NCBI GenBank assembly: GCA_048939625.1
Contig: JBHLPH010000013.1
Location: 1 to 61,414, forward strand
Origin: Promethearchaeota archaeon
GTDB taxonomy: Archaea > Asgardarchaeota > Hermodarchaeia > Hermodarchaeales > Hermodarchaeaceae
Reading direction: 5' to 3'
Length of the DNA: 61,414 bases
The notes beneath the pieces are model-generated. The model had not been told where the DNA came from and did not search any database. It worked only from the letters and a program-made list of their open reading frames with translations. This document shows positions 47,364-57,139 of the stretch, in pieces; position 1 is the stretch's first letter, and each line of letters starts with the position of its first letter. A program made the position numbers and the translations under genes.

Positions 47364-48635
47364 ATGGTTGACTTTGCCCTGACAAAACGTGAACAAGAAA
47401 TCTATGACACTGCTATGGCTTTTTCTAAGAAATGGATTGTCCCGTATGCTCGGGAACTTGAAGAAGCAGATGAGTTTCCCTGGGAGCTCGCTCAGAAAGC
47501 TTTTGATGCGGGGCTCATGAACTCCCATATCCCCAAGGATTATGGCGGACCTGCCCATTCAATGGTTGAAGAAACCCTGATTGGTGAAGCCATTGGTTAT
47601 GGAGATGGAGGTATTGCGACCACTATTTTAGCAAACAATCTTGCCCTCACCCCTCTTCTGATTAGTGCGACTCCTGAACAGATGGAAAAATACATTAAAC
47701 CATTCGCCACTGGAAAAAGCCCCAACTTTGCGGCATTTAGTCTGACTGAACGTGAAGCTGGTTCTGATGCTGCAGCTGTGAAGACCACTGCCACCAAGGA
47801 TGGCGATGATTGGATTATTAATGGTCGGAAATGCTTTAGCACGAATGGTCACGTGGCGAAATATCATAGCGTTTTCACCACTGTCGATCCCTCGTTGGGA
47901 TACAAAGGGATGGCTGTTCACATGGTGGATACTTCGCTTCCTGGCGTCAAAATTGTGATGCTGGAAGATAAGTTGGGTCAACGTGCTTCCTTTCAGGCTG
48001 AGGTCGAATACAATAATGTGAGAATTCCTGGAGATTGTCTTTTCGGTGAAGTTGGAAAGGGTTTCAAGATTGCCATGCAAACCCTCGACCGCACCCGTGC
48101 CGCTATTGCTGCACTTGGTGTCGGAATCGCCCAACGGGCTGTTGATGAAGCCGCCATTTTTGCCAACCATCGAAGACAATTCGGTAAACCCATTGGAGCT
48201 TACCAGGGCATTAACTTCATGATCGCTGATATGGAAGCTCGTGCCATGCACGCTCGTTGGGCAACACGCTATTCGGCCTGGCTTGTGGACCAAGGGCAAC
48301 GTAATACTAAGGAATCCAGTTGTGCGAAATTCTTTGCCACAGATGCCGCGATGCAAAACACATTAGATTGTATCCAAATCATGGGTGGTTATGGATATTC
48401 GAAAGAATATCCAGCAGAACAAATGATGCGGGGTGCCAAATTAACTCAAATCTATGAAGGTACCAACCAAATTCAACGTATGGTCGCTGGCCAAGCGGTT
48501 CTGAAAGACGCTAAAGTCACCGAGCTTGATACCGGCTTCCGGCTACAATTTTCAGGCAATGACTATCCCGATCCATGGGGTCCACGTGAAGGGAAGGTCC
48601 CAGATTTCTGGGGTAAAAAGAAAACCAAGAAATAG
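47364..48635 (+). CDS. Acyl-CoA dehydrogenase
   Basis: FSLTEREAGSD, INGRKCF, RRQFGKPI, IMGGYGY and QIYEGTNQIQR motifs. Confidence 0.95.
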   Translation: MVDFALTKREQEIYDTAMAFSKKWIVPYARELEEADEFPWELAQKAFDAGLMNSHIPKDYGGPAHSMVEETLIGEAIGYGDGGIATTILANNLALTPLLISATPEQMEKYIKPFATGKSPNFAAFSLTEREAGSDAAAVKTTATKDGDDWIINGRKCFSTNGHVAKYHSVFTTVDPSLGYKGMAVHMVDTSLPGVKIVMLEDKLGQRASFQAEVEYNNVRIPGDCLFGEVGKGFKIAMQTLDRTRAAIAALGVGIAQRAVDEAAIFANHRRQFGKPIGAYQGINFMIADMEARAMHARWATRYSAWLVDQGQRNTKESSCAKFFATDAAMQNTLDCIQIMGGYGYSKEYPAEQMMRGAKLTQIYEGTNQIQRMVAGQAVLKDAKVTELDTGFRLQFSGNDYPDPWGPREGKVPDFWGKKKTKK

Positions 48636-48681
48636 ATCTATTTGTGACCAAGACTCCAGGGTTCTACAAGAAAAAGGGGCG

Positions 48682-48715
48682 GGAAGTCGACTAAAGGCTG
48701 AGCTAAGTCGACTCC
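48682..48715. terminator. Inverted repeat between convergent genes
   Basis: gg(a)agtcgact...agtcgactcc in the gap between two stop codons. Confidence 0.35.
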
Positions 48716-48740
48716 TTCGCGTTTCGAATGCCTGGGTTGT

Positions 48741-49709
48741 CTATTTTTCTGGACGTTTGCGGCGAAGCTGCTTCACTGGGGCAGGTTGACCTGCTCCTAC
48801 CAAGCCTGCCAATCCCATTATTTCACCTCTGACCATGTCCATTGGAATGGCAAAGACTATAGTATTGCTTTGATCAAAGCTGATATCTTCGAGGCTAGAC
48901 AGGGTTCGTAGATATAATGCCTGGGTGCTCATTTGTTGAACAGCTTCTTCGAGGTTTCGGGCGGCGACTAACTCGCCTTCACTCTTGATGATAACGGCGC
49001 GGCGTTCACGTTCCGCTTCTGCTTGTCGAGCTATGACCCGTTTCATGTCCATTGGAAGCTCGATGTTTTGGAGGTTAACACTTTGGATATCGATGCCCCA
49101 GCGCTCTGTTTCCTTGTCAACGATGGTCTTGATACGTTCAGCGATTTGGTCACGTTTGGCGAGAAGGTCGTCTAATTCGACGTTTCCGATGACATCACGC
49201 ATGGTCGTCTGAGCGTATTGAACCGTGCTAAGGCGGACGTCTTGAATGTTGATGAGGCTTTTGGGCGTGTTGATAACTTTCATGAACACGACGGCATCGA
49301 CCATGAGACTAATGTTATCCCGGGTCATTAGTTCCTGTTTCATTACGTCCAAGGTTTGGATTCGGATATCTTGACGTATGAATCTTTCAATTCCTGGCCA
49401 TTTGAAGAACATTCCTGGCCCAACAAGTCGTGTGAATTTTCCAAATCGAAGGATAATTGCTTCTTGCCACTGTTTATTGATGGCGATTGTAGCGGGAATG
49501 AAAATGAAACAGAACACCGCGAAGAAGCCGAAAATAAATGGCATAAAGAAAGCAAAAAAGCCGAGAAGTGGAGCAAAGAGTTGAAAGCCAAATAATGCGA
49601 GTATAAGAAAAATGATACCCAGAAACAGGAAGGTCAAAAAGGGAAGCGGCGATCCGCGATATTCGTACATTCGTTTTTGTTCTTTTTCAGATGAAGTTTC
49701 AATACTCAT
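48741..49709 (-). CDS. SPFH/band-7 (stomatin-like) membrane protein
   Basis: ILRFGK, TRDNISLMVDAVV, AQTTMRDVIG and RQAEAERERRA motifs. Confidence 0.93.
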   Translation of the reverse strand: MSIETSSEKEQKRMYEYRGSPLPFLTFLFLGIIFLILALFGFQLFAPLLGFFAFFMPFIFGFFAVFCFIFIPATIAINKQWQEAIILRFGKFTRLVGPGMFFKWPGIERFIRQDIRIQTLDVMKQELMTRDNISLMVDAVVFMKVINTPKSLINIQDVRLSTVQYAQTTMRDVIGNVELDDLLAKRDQIAERIKTIVDKETERWGIDIQSVNLQNIELPMDMKRVIARQAEAERERRAVIIKSEGELVAARNLEEAVQQMSTQALYLRTLSSLEDISFDQSNTIVFAIPMDMVRGEIMGLAGLVGAGQPAPVKQLRRKRPEK

Positions 49710-49986
49710 TTAGTTCACCAATTTTGACCTCAGAGTAATCAAATGAACTGGTTGACTTATTTGAAATAAACCGGTTGACCAATACATGGTGATTCACTTT
49801 GAGGTTGAGGGCATATTGTATACTGGCACTATGTATAGAGGTTGTAAATAAACGTCGATAAAACGTGGACTTCTATGTTGTGTTTCCTGCGCCAGGTTAG
49901 AATCTCCCTCGTACTAGTCTGCAGGAATTCAAGCATTTAAAATTACGGAGTCAAACGGTTTTGTAACTCATCAAGAGAAGTTTGGT

Positions 49987-50181
49987 TTAGATTAGAGGGG
50001 TTTTGTACACTTTGTTGAGGATGAACATTGCTATTCCATTAATCAAGAAGACTGCTCCGAGTATAATTCCGACTGTGACAGCTTCATAGAATTTGAGAAT
50101 GAAATTCACGATTGTCGCAATAAAGCCTAGAAAATCGACTAAAGCTAATTGTGACCAGTTATGGGTCTATCCAAGGTTCAT
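49987..50181 (-). pseudogene. Possible small two-TM protein with an in-frame TAG at codon 5
   Basis: ATG AAC CTT GGA TAG, then an open frame encoding ...FLGFIATIVNFILKFYEAVTVGIILGAVFLINGIAMFILNKVYKTPLI*. Confidence 0.3.
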
Positions 50182-50261
50182 ATTCTGTCAAACCTTACTT
50201 CTTGCTAGGTAGAGGGACGAGGATATTATTCTGTCATTTGGCAAAAATGGCTTACTACGAC

Positions 50262-51257
50262 TCATTCCTTCTCGAGCTGCAAATGCGGGTAGTCCGGATC
50301 TAGTTCGAGAACCTGCTTGAAACAGGCTTTAGCCTCCTCATGACGTTTCAACTCAACTAAAATCCGCCCTCGAAGGTACACACCATTCACATGACGTGGA
50401 TTTGTGTTAAGAAGCCTGTTTACAATATCAAGCGCTTCACGATATTGAGCAAGATTCTGTGCCAATGTATTAGCAAGATTGTACAGAGTCATCTCATCAT
50501 CGGGGTTGAGGCGAGCTGCCTGCTGATATGCTTCAACTGCTTCAACATATTTCTCGAGTATGCCTAATGCGACTCCCTTATCATACCAAGCGCGAGCATT
50601 ATCTGGGGCTAAAGCAATTACTTTTTGAAATACGGGAAGCGCTTCGTCAATGCGACCTAATTTTCCGAGAAGTTCACCCATATCCAACCAAGCATCTAGA
50701 TGTTCCGGAGCGAGTTTGGTGGCTTTCTTGAAACAAGTGAGTGCCTCGTCGAATTGAGTTAATCGTTCATGAAGGACTCCTCGATAATGCCATGCCCGTG
50801 CGTCACCAGGGTTCAGGTTAACGGTCTCAATAAAGCACTCCAAAGCCTCATCCACGCGTTCAAGTTCTGTGAGAATGACGCCCCGGTTATACCAAGCATT
50901 GGCATAATCAAGGCGACTTGTGGGTCGAGTCTGAGTAGCGCGAATGAAGCTCTGTAACGCATCTTCTGTGCGGTCTAATTCTTGATATGCTGTTCCAAGG
51001 TTATTCCACGCTTCTGTATTATTGGAATCCAGTTCCGTAGCACGTTGATAGCAATCTAGGGCTTCATTAATTCGACCTAGCTCATCGAGAACCAATCCCT
51101 TATTGAACCATACAGCTGGGTCTTGAGGACGGAGTTCACTGGTAGTTGAAAAAGCCTCTAACGCTTCCTCCAGTTTTCCTTTTTCTGCCAACGATATTCC
51201 TAGATGGAACCAGTCCTCCGCTTTAAGCTCTGATGTCTGTTGTTTCTTCTTTACCAC
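50262..51257 (-). CDS. Tetratricopeptide-repeat protein (about 9 TPRs)
   Basis: Roughly 34-aa repeats AWxNxGxxLxxLGRxDEAL...ELDP. Confidence 0.92.
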   Translation of the reverse strand: MVKKKQQTSELKAEDWFHLGISLAEKGKLEEALEAFSTTSELRPQDPAVWFNKGLVLDELGRINEALDCYQRATELDSNNTEAWNNLGTAYQELDRTEDALQSFIRATQTRPTSRLDYANAWYNRGVILTELERVDEALECFIETVNLNPGDARAWHYRGVLHERLTQFDEALTCFKKATKLAPEHLDAWLDMGELLGKLGRIDEALPVFQKVIALAPDNARAWYDKGVALGILEKYVEAVEAYQQAARLNPDDEMTLYNLANTLAQNLAQYREALDIVNRLLNTNPRHVNGVYLRGRILVELKRHEEAKACFKQVLELDPDYPHLQLEKE

Positions 51258-51261
51258 TTAC

Positions 51262-51639
51262 TCACCCAGTCTGTTGTAATACGCGTAACATTAGTTGACC
51301 CAAAGGAACAGATTCGTGGCCTGCACCAATGATGACGAGGTCCCATTTTTTCATCAGATCGCGAAATGTGGCTTGTCCTGTAAAAAGGCTGAGGAGCGTC
51401 TTTGTCGAGGCTTTGTAAATAACATCCGGAGATGGATATTGCCCTTCTCGCATTTCCATAGTTCCCCGACGATGAAGGAGAATATGAAAAGTTTGTTCAT
51501 CCGTTTCAAGTTGAAGGACCTTCCCTTGATAGGGACCTACCCAAGAACGAACAAATTCGCGAAAGTCTGGTGTCTCATTTACCTTTGCAATAAGCTCCTC
51601 AAAAATCTGAGACAATTGATTTGTCAAGTGAATCACCAC
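51262..51639 (-). CDS. SCP2 sterol/lipid-binding domain protein
   Basis: PDVIYKASTKTLLSLFTGQ...LVIIG matches the SCP2 pattern. Confidence 0.7.
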   Translation of the reverse strand: MVIHLTNQLSQIFEELIAKVNETPDFREFVRSWVGPYQGKVLQLETDEQTFHILLHRRGTMEMREGQYPSPDVIYKASTKTLLSLFTGQATFRDLMKKWDLVIIGAGHESVPLGQLMLRVLQQTG

Positions 51640-51642
51640 TAA

Positions 51643-51909
51643 TTATCGCTTCATCCACGCCTGTACCGCTTCAACGACAGCATCATTTACATGACGTGCT
51701 CGGATGTCTCCCTTTTTTTCACGTACCTTCTCAAGAAATTCTTTGTACAACTCTTGGTCCATTAAGACAACAACACGGCCTTTTCGGTTATTTACTAAGG
51801 TCTCGGCGACATGCTTGTTCTGCCGAATCGTTAATGTCTCAATATCACTCAGCTGTAAATTCGGGTATCCAGGCCATTGTCCATCTGGTGCTTTCTTATA
51901 TCGTGGCAA
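51643..51909 (-). CDS. Hypothetical protein with ribbon-helix-helix-like C-terminus
   Basis: TTG 51909 after GAGGAGG; VVVLMDQELYKEF...VNDAVVEAVQAW. Confidence 0.55.
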   Translation of the reverse strand: MPRYKKAPDGQWPGYPNLQLSDIETLTIRQNKHVAETLVNNRKGRVVVLMDQELYKEFLEKVREKKGDIRARHVNDAVVEAVQAWMKR

Positions 51910-51910
51910 A

Positions 51911-52207
51911 CTATCTTCCTCCTCTTCCTTTATCGATGGATTGATCACCGGGTATTTTCACTAGACCTGGTTGAAACGGCCAATCCACCACGTACCGCAT
52001 TCCTTTCTGCCCCTCTTTATTTCCAGATCGCCAAGTGCCCGCATATATAGCACTTCCAAATATACGCACATACTCTGAGAGGATCAAGGTCGCGGCTGCT
52101 TCAGGGCTGATATTCGCTTCCTTGGCTTTGGCTTCAAGCGCCATCTGTACATCAGAGTCTAATTCTAGTTGCATTCTTTCACTCACCACACTAACCCCGT
52201 TCGTCAT
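51911..52207 (-). CDS. Hypothetical protein with ribbon-helix-helix-like N-terminus
   Basis: MQLELDSDVQMALEAKAKEANISPEAAATLILSEYV; operon-like packing. Confidence 0.55.
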   Translation of the reverse strand: MTNGVSVVSERMQLELDSDVQMALEAKAKEANISPEAAATLILSEYVRIFGSAIYAGTWRSGNKEGQKGMRYVVDWPFQPGLVKIPGDQSIDKGRGGR

Positions 52208-52982
52208 TTTTAGGTTGCTTTGGTTTTTGGTCTCTAAACGCCAAGCGTTGATATGGTACTCCCCATCTTTCTGAATAGAAACTGCCTTCTAGAGGCCATC
52301 GTGAGGGTCCAAGCATGCGTTTTTTCTCCGGGACACCGATGCAGAAAGCTGCGAGGGGAGTCCAAGTTCTCGGGATTCCGAGTTTATCACAAATATATTC
52401 CACGTGTCGTTTATCAGCAAAAGCCACAGCTTGATATGCACAGGCATAACCCATTGAATGCGCGACTAGCCACATGCTTAAAACCCCCATTCCAACGACG
52501 ACGCTTCCACATAGCTCGTTGGAATACATGGCGGTGCTGTCATGCCATGTTTCTGAAGCACAACAAACAATCACTGCATCAGCTTTTTCGGGATACCGAA
52601 ATAGAGATCCATCTCGCATTTTCTCATAAGTTCCTGGGCGACTCGCATCTGGCATATACCACAATCGTCCCTGGGTTGCCTCGTAGGGGAAATTACCAAA
52701 CACATACCGTGCTGCTTCTTGACTAATATCTGCGATTAGACGTTTCATTTCCGAATCATCACGGATAATCACATAACGCCACATCTGCATATTCTCTGGA
52801 GACGGAGCATAACGCGCAGCGTCTAAAATCAATTCAAGATGTTCATCAGGAATTCGCTCCCCGGTCATATGACGAATACTCCGTCGCATGCGAATTAACT
52901 CAATCAGCTGGTTTGTGGATTGGCTGAGGGCGGTTGATTCAACCTTACTGCCATTGGTTAGGCTTCCTTTTGCTTCCGTCAT
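52191..52982 (-). CDS. Nitroreductase-family flavoprotein
   Basis: RRSIRH, ARYAPSPENMQMW, MWLVAHSMG and FCIGVP motifs. Confidence 0.88.
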   Translation of the reverse strand: MTEAKGSLTNGSKVESTALSQSTNQLIELIRMRRSIRHMTGERIPDEHLELILDAARYAPSPENMQMWRYVIIRDDSEMKRLIADISQEAARYVFGNFPYEATQGRLWYMPDASRPGTYEKMRDGSLFRYPEKADAVIVCCASETWHDSTAMYSNELCGSVVVGMGVLSMWLVAHSMGYACAYQAVAFADKRHVEYICDKLGIPRTWTPLAAFCIGVPEKKRMLGPSRWPLEGSFYSERWGVPYQRLAFRDQKPKQPKNDERG

Positions 52983-53099
52983 GAACAACTCACCTTAGTA
53001 TTATCTACCGATACCATGTAACTGATATTAAATGGTAGCTTCGCTCCCAACGAAGTGATTTCCAAGACAACAAGTGAACGAAGACCTTAATCCTGTAAG

Positions 53100-53786
53100 T
53101 TAGGAGGAACTGATATGCATATTCAGTTCTTCTAGCTTCGCCACAACCGTTGCCACTGTGTCAGGTGGTAAATCTGAGGGGCTAGATTTCAAGAGGGCAA
53201 TAAGCTCCTTATACAAACTCGCGGCTTTCGCTCGACTACTCAAATTGTTCATTGCAGTATCTCGAGCCTGTTCTATGAGTGGCTTTAGGTACTCTCGTTG
53301 AACGCGTTGTCGATTCTTCAAATCATTGATGATATTCTCGTTCGCCTCAATCACAGTAGCGACCTTCGAATCTGGTACATCAGATGGACGACGTGGTTCA
53401 GGAACGGGTGCAGGTGTCGGTGTGGAAACAGGGGTCGACGCAGGCGCTGGACTAGGTTTCGGTACTGGTGTAGGAGCTGCTGCCTTTATTTGGGGGATAA
53501 TCTGTTTAGTCATTGCTGATCGAATGGTCTTATCAATTACTTCTGCAAGCCTTAACTCAATAGGGGCAAGTCCATCGGCAACTGCTTTTCCTGTTGCCGT
53601 CATCACAGTACCAATCGCCTTATCCACGGCATCAATCCGTTTTTCAAGATTCGTAATTTGGGCAGCCATTTTTTTCTGTGATTCGTTGAGGTGGCTGATG
53701 TATGAAATGATTTTTTTCAATTCAGCTTCAATTCCACCAGATGCTGCGGGTGTTGCTGCCGGAGCTGCTTTTGGATCCTTAGACAT
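53100..53786 (-). CDS. Hypothetical coiled-coil protein with Pro/Thr/Ala-rich linker and helical C-domain
   Basis: Heptad N-terminal region, APTPVPKPSPAPASTPVSTPTPAPVPEP linker, helical tail. Confidence 0.7.
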   Translation of the reverse strand: MSKDPKAAPAATPAASGGIEAELKKIISYISHLNESQKKMAAQITNLEKRIDAVDKAIGTVMTATGKAVADGLAPIELRLAEVIDKTIRSAMTKQIIPQIKAAAPTPVPKPSPAPASTPVSTPTPAPVPEPRRPSDVPDSKVATVIEANENIINDLKNRQRVQREYLKPLIEQARDTAMNNLSSRAKAASLYKELIALLKSSPSDLPPDTVATVVAKLEELNMHISSS

Positions 53787-53916
53787 CAGGTATCAATCTC
53801 CATGAACTCTTCCTATTTAGAAAATGGACGCTAAGAGTATAACCCTTCCGATACTCCCTCATCTGCAGATATTTCATAAATGTTTAGCTCAATATCTAAG
53901 AAAGTCGACTAAAAAG

Positions 53917-54363
53917 TCAGGTCTCTTGTAAAATTTCAACATCTACTGGAATCCCCTGTCTTACGGATGATGTCACTATGCAGTAATTCTCAAAGATTTC
54001 AACGCACCGTTGAAACCGCTTAGGTTCATCTTCTGTCATCTTGATGTATACCTTGACATTAAGATGTTGAATTCGCCACCGCCCCTCTTCATTCCGTGCT
54101 ACCGTTGGTGTCACCTCGGATCGAATGGAATCCACTACTAGCTTGCTGCGCTGTAAGCAGAACATCAAGCTTGCAGACAGACAATTCCCAATAGCTGCAG
54201 CCAGAGTTCGTGTCGCGTTGGGTCCCTTATCATTGCCCAATGGAGCGGGTTCGTCTAACGTCCAATTATCGAATTCGAGATTATCAAAACGGACACGAAA
54301 CTCGTAATTTTCCACTCGTTCAACGATTACAAAATACTTGCGTGAATCATCTGTATCTGACAT
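53917..54363 (-). CDS. OsmC/Ohr-family protein
   Basis: DEPAPLGNDKGPN, AAAIGNCL and ENYCIVTSSV (two conserved Cys). Confidence 0.88.
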   Translation of the reverse strand: MSDTDDSRKYFVIVERVENYEFRVRFDNLEFDNWTLDEPAPLGNDKGPNATRTLAAAIGNCLSASLMFCLQRSKLVVDSIRSEVTPTVARNEEGRWRIQHLNVKVYIKMTEDEPKRFQRCVEIFENYCIVTSSVRQGIPVDVEILQET

Positions 54364-54582
54364 AGATTTCACCTGGAGTTGGATGATTTCATACTATGCT
54401 TATCGAACCTAATAATTTTGTATACTAGCTGGTTGAGCTCTGGGGCTCTTCTTAAGGAAGCCTTAGTGTGGAGTAGTACAATTTGGAACCGAGTGAATCT
54501 ACCTGTAATTAGATATGTCTTGAATTCCAGACTAGGCTGAATGGTAGTGTCGGATGCTTTGTGTGATTTAACTTAGATTGGC

Positions 54583-56265
54583 TTATTTCCTATCCACAAT
54601 AGACTTTTTGCCTATCTTTTCTAGATGCTCTTCTTGGAGTACGCGCCGGAGAACTTTGCCCACCATTGATTTTGGAAGTTCATCGCGGAATTCGACGAAT
54701 TGGGGGCGTTTGTAATATGCAAGTTTATCCTTGGTGTATTCGATTATTTCGTCTGAAGTGGCTTCTTCACCTTCTTTGAGGACGACGACTGCCATGACGG
54801 TTTCGCCGCGTTGTTCATCTGGGATGCCAAAGACTGCAGCTTCAGCGATTTTGGGATGTTCGAAGAGGACTTCTTCGACGTCACGTGGCCAGACTTTGAA
54901 GCCTGCACGGTCAATCATTTGTTTGGCTCGGTCGACGATATAGAAATATCCGTCTTCGTCCATTTTGGCAATGTCACCTGTACGGAGCCATCCATCTTCA
55001 CTTAGTTGTTTGGCTGTTTCTTCGGGTTTGTTCCAGTAACCTTTCATAATTTGGGGTCCTTTGATAACAAGTTCACCTTCTTGTCCTGGGGGGAGGTCCT
55101 CACCTGTATCTAGGTCAATGATTTTTGCGAGAGTACTGGACATTGGAACACCTACGGATCCTTCTCGTTTCTTGTCGAAGGGAGGGTTCTGTTGGATGGG
55201 ATTCGCATGAGTCACTGGGCTGGCTTCCGTCAGGCCATAGCCTTCCACGAGGTTGGCTCCAGCAATTTTTTCGAAGGCTTTTGCCACTGCCATTGGGAGA
55301 GGAGCTGCTCCTGAAAGACAGGCAGTCATGGATTTGAGGTCGTATTGATCAAGGTCGTCACGTTGAAGAAGTGATGCGTACAGGGTTGGAACTCCTGGGA
55401 AGAAGCTGACATTATATCGTGGGATATCACGGAGGACTTGATCGAGGTCAGGGCGTGGGTGTAACACGAGGCGGTCTGCGAGGATTACAGTGTTCAGCAT
55501 ACAGACAGTTAATCCGAAAGAATGGAAGAAAGGCAGCACGGCAAGAGTTGTGTCGCCTGCACCACGTTCAGCAAAGGGAATCCAGCTCTTACATTGGTAG
55601 GCATTCGCAACAAGATTATAGTGTGTCAGGATCGCTCCCTTTGGAACGCCTGTGGTTCCACCAGTATAGAGCAAGACGGCAGGGGTCTCTTTTGGTTTTA
55701 TGGAAACCTTCGGTGCTTTGGGTTCAGCACTTTCTAAGATTTCACCCCACATATGGTATCCTTTCACACCTTCAGGAGGTGTAAAGCTCACTTGCATGCC
55801 TGGAAATGCATCAGCCATGGTGGTTACTATAGTGTGCTCAACTTTGGTATCATCACGAATCTTTGCATAATTGTCGTGCATAATATCAATGATGATTAAG
55901 GCTTTGGCCCCTGAATCGTTGATTTGGAATTTGATTTCAGGAGCTTGGTAAAGTGGGTTGATAAGGGTCAGAATCGCTCCGGCTTTGAGAGCACCAAAGA
56001 ATGCAGTCAAAAATTGGGGCATGTTTCCTAACATAAGGGCTACTACATCGCCCTGTTTGAGGCCCATCTTATTCAAAGCATTAGCCAAGCGGTCGACTTC
56101 TTCTTGGACCTGTTTGTAAGTCTTTTCTTGTCCAAGAAAAATACCAAGAGTATTATCCGGAAAATCCTTTGCAGAATCTTCGAGAAGTTGATAGAGGGGG
56201 ATTTCGGGAATATCAAGGGTTTCAGGAACACCGGGTTCATAGAATTTTAGCCAGGGTTTTTCCAT
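54583..56265 (-). CDS. Long-chain fatty acid--CoA ligase (FadD-like)
   Basis: YTGGTTGVPKG, EGYGLTE, WLRTGD and LPKSMVGKVLRR motifs. Confidence 0.93.
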   Translation of the reverse strand: MEKPWLKFYEPGVPETLDIPEIPLYQLLEDSAKDFPDNTLGIFLGQEKTYKQVQEEVDRLANALNKMGLKQGDVVALMLGNMPQFLTAFFGALKAGAILTLINPLYQAPEIKFQINDSGAKALIIIDIMHDNYAKIRDDTKVEHTIVTTMADAFPGMQVSFTPPEGVKGYHMWGEILESAEPKAPKVSIKPKETPAVLLYTGGTTGVPKGAILTHYNLVANAYQCKSWIPFAERGAGDTTLAVLPFFHSFGLTVCMLNTVILADRLVLHPRPDLDQVLRDIPRYNVSFFPGVPTLYASLLQRDDLDQYDLKSMTACLSGAAPLPMAVAKAFEKIAGANLVEGYGLTEASPVTHANPIQQNPPFDKKREGSVGVPMSSTLAKIIDLDTGEDLPPGQEGELVIKGPQIMKGYWNKPEETAKQLSEDGWLRTGDIAKMDEDGYFYIVDRAKQMIDRAGFKVWPRDVEEVLFEHPKIAEAAVFGIPDEQRGETVMAVVVLKEGEEATSDEIIEYTKDKLAYYKRPQFVEFRDELPKSMVGKVLRRVLQEEHLEKIGKKSIVDRK

Positions 56266-56403
56266 TTTTTGTTATCCTCCCTGTTAAGAACAGCAGTATA
56301 ATGTTCTTATTGAAGGAAAAGGCTTACCATTTCTTCATCTTTGACACGGTTCATCTACTATAGTTTTTATTGAAGAATCTCGTAGTCCTCATTGGGTGTA
56401 AAT

Positions 56404-57027
56404 ATGGAATTTCAACCGGATCCCCAGCTTCAGACAAAATACTTCTTGCAACTATTTTTTATCCCCTTGTTCCTTTTCCTGATTCTTGTTCTTCCAACGG
56501 CCTTGATGTATTTACTACTGTTTTCGGTTTTTCCTGGCTTTCTTTGGATGTGGTCTTCAGTACTGTTCTGGGGATTTGTAATATGTTTCATTTGGACGAT
56601 TCCTGGGCTCATTCTTATTCCTCTCTATTATCGTCGGATTCACTATGTCATTCACGAAGATGAAGTCATTGTTACGCGTGGTTTAATTACGATAACCCGT
56701 CGTGTCGTGCCCATTCGGGCAATTACCAACGTATCATTACGTCGTGGACCCTTTGACCGATTATTAAGAATTGGCAGTGTAACAATTGAAACTGCAGGAC
56801 AAATGGGTGCTCGATCAGGTAAGCCCTCACCAGAACTTGCTTTGGATGGTTTGGTAGCTTATGATAAGGTCAACAATCAGATTCTGGAGCTTGTGCGCCG
56901 CTATCGGGCAGGGTATGTGCTAACAACTGAAATTGAACCCACTCCAATAACGGATTCATCTACCTTGCTTCAGAAGATCCTAGTTGAGTTGCAAAAACTG
57001 AATGTGAACCTCGAAAAGTCTGGATAG
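56404..57027 (+). CDS. Membrane protein with bacterial PH domain (YdbS-like)
   Basis: Two TM helices, then RGLIT...VPIRAITNV...GPFDRLLRIGSVTIETAG. Confidence 0.85.
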   Translation: MEFQPDPQLQTKYFLQLFFIPLFLFLILVLPTALMYLLLFSVFPGFLWMWSSVLFWGFVICFIWTIPGLILIPLYYRRIHYVIHEDEVIVTRGLITITRRVVPIRAITNVSLRRGPFDRLLRIGSVTIETAGQMGARSGKPSPELALDGLVAYDKVNNQILELVRRYRAGYVLTTEIEPTPITDSSTLLQKILVELQKLNVNLEKSG

Positions 57028-57139
57028 CACTGTATTTCCGAGGAATTCGTGAGCCTGCTTTTTGGTTTGCATCGGCTTGCGGACACTTAAAAGTCATCTC
57101 GACAAAGACAACTATGGATTCTGGCGAGGATGCACATGA

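Noticed and set aside
51643-52207. Programmed frameshift joining the two small ORFs
   Set aside because: The downstream ORF has its own GAGGAGG SD and a TTG start at 51909, just after the upstream stop
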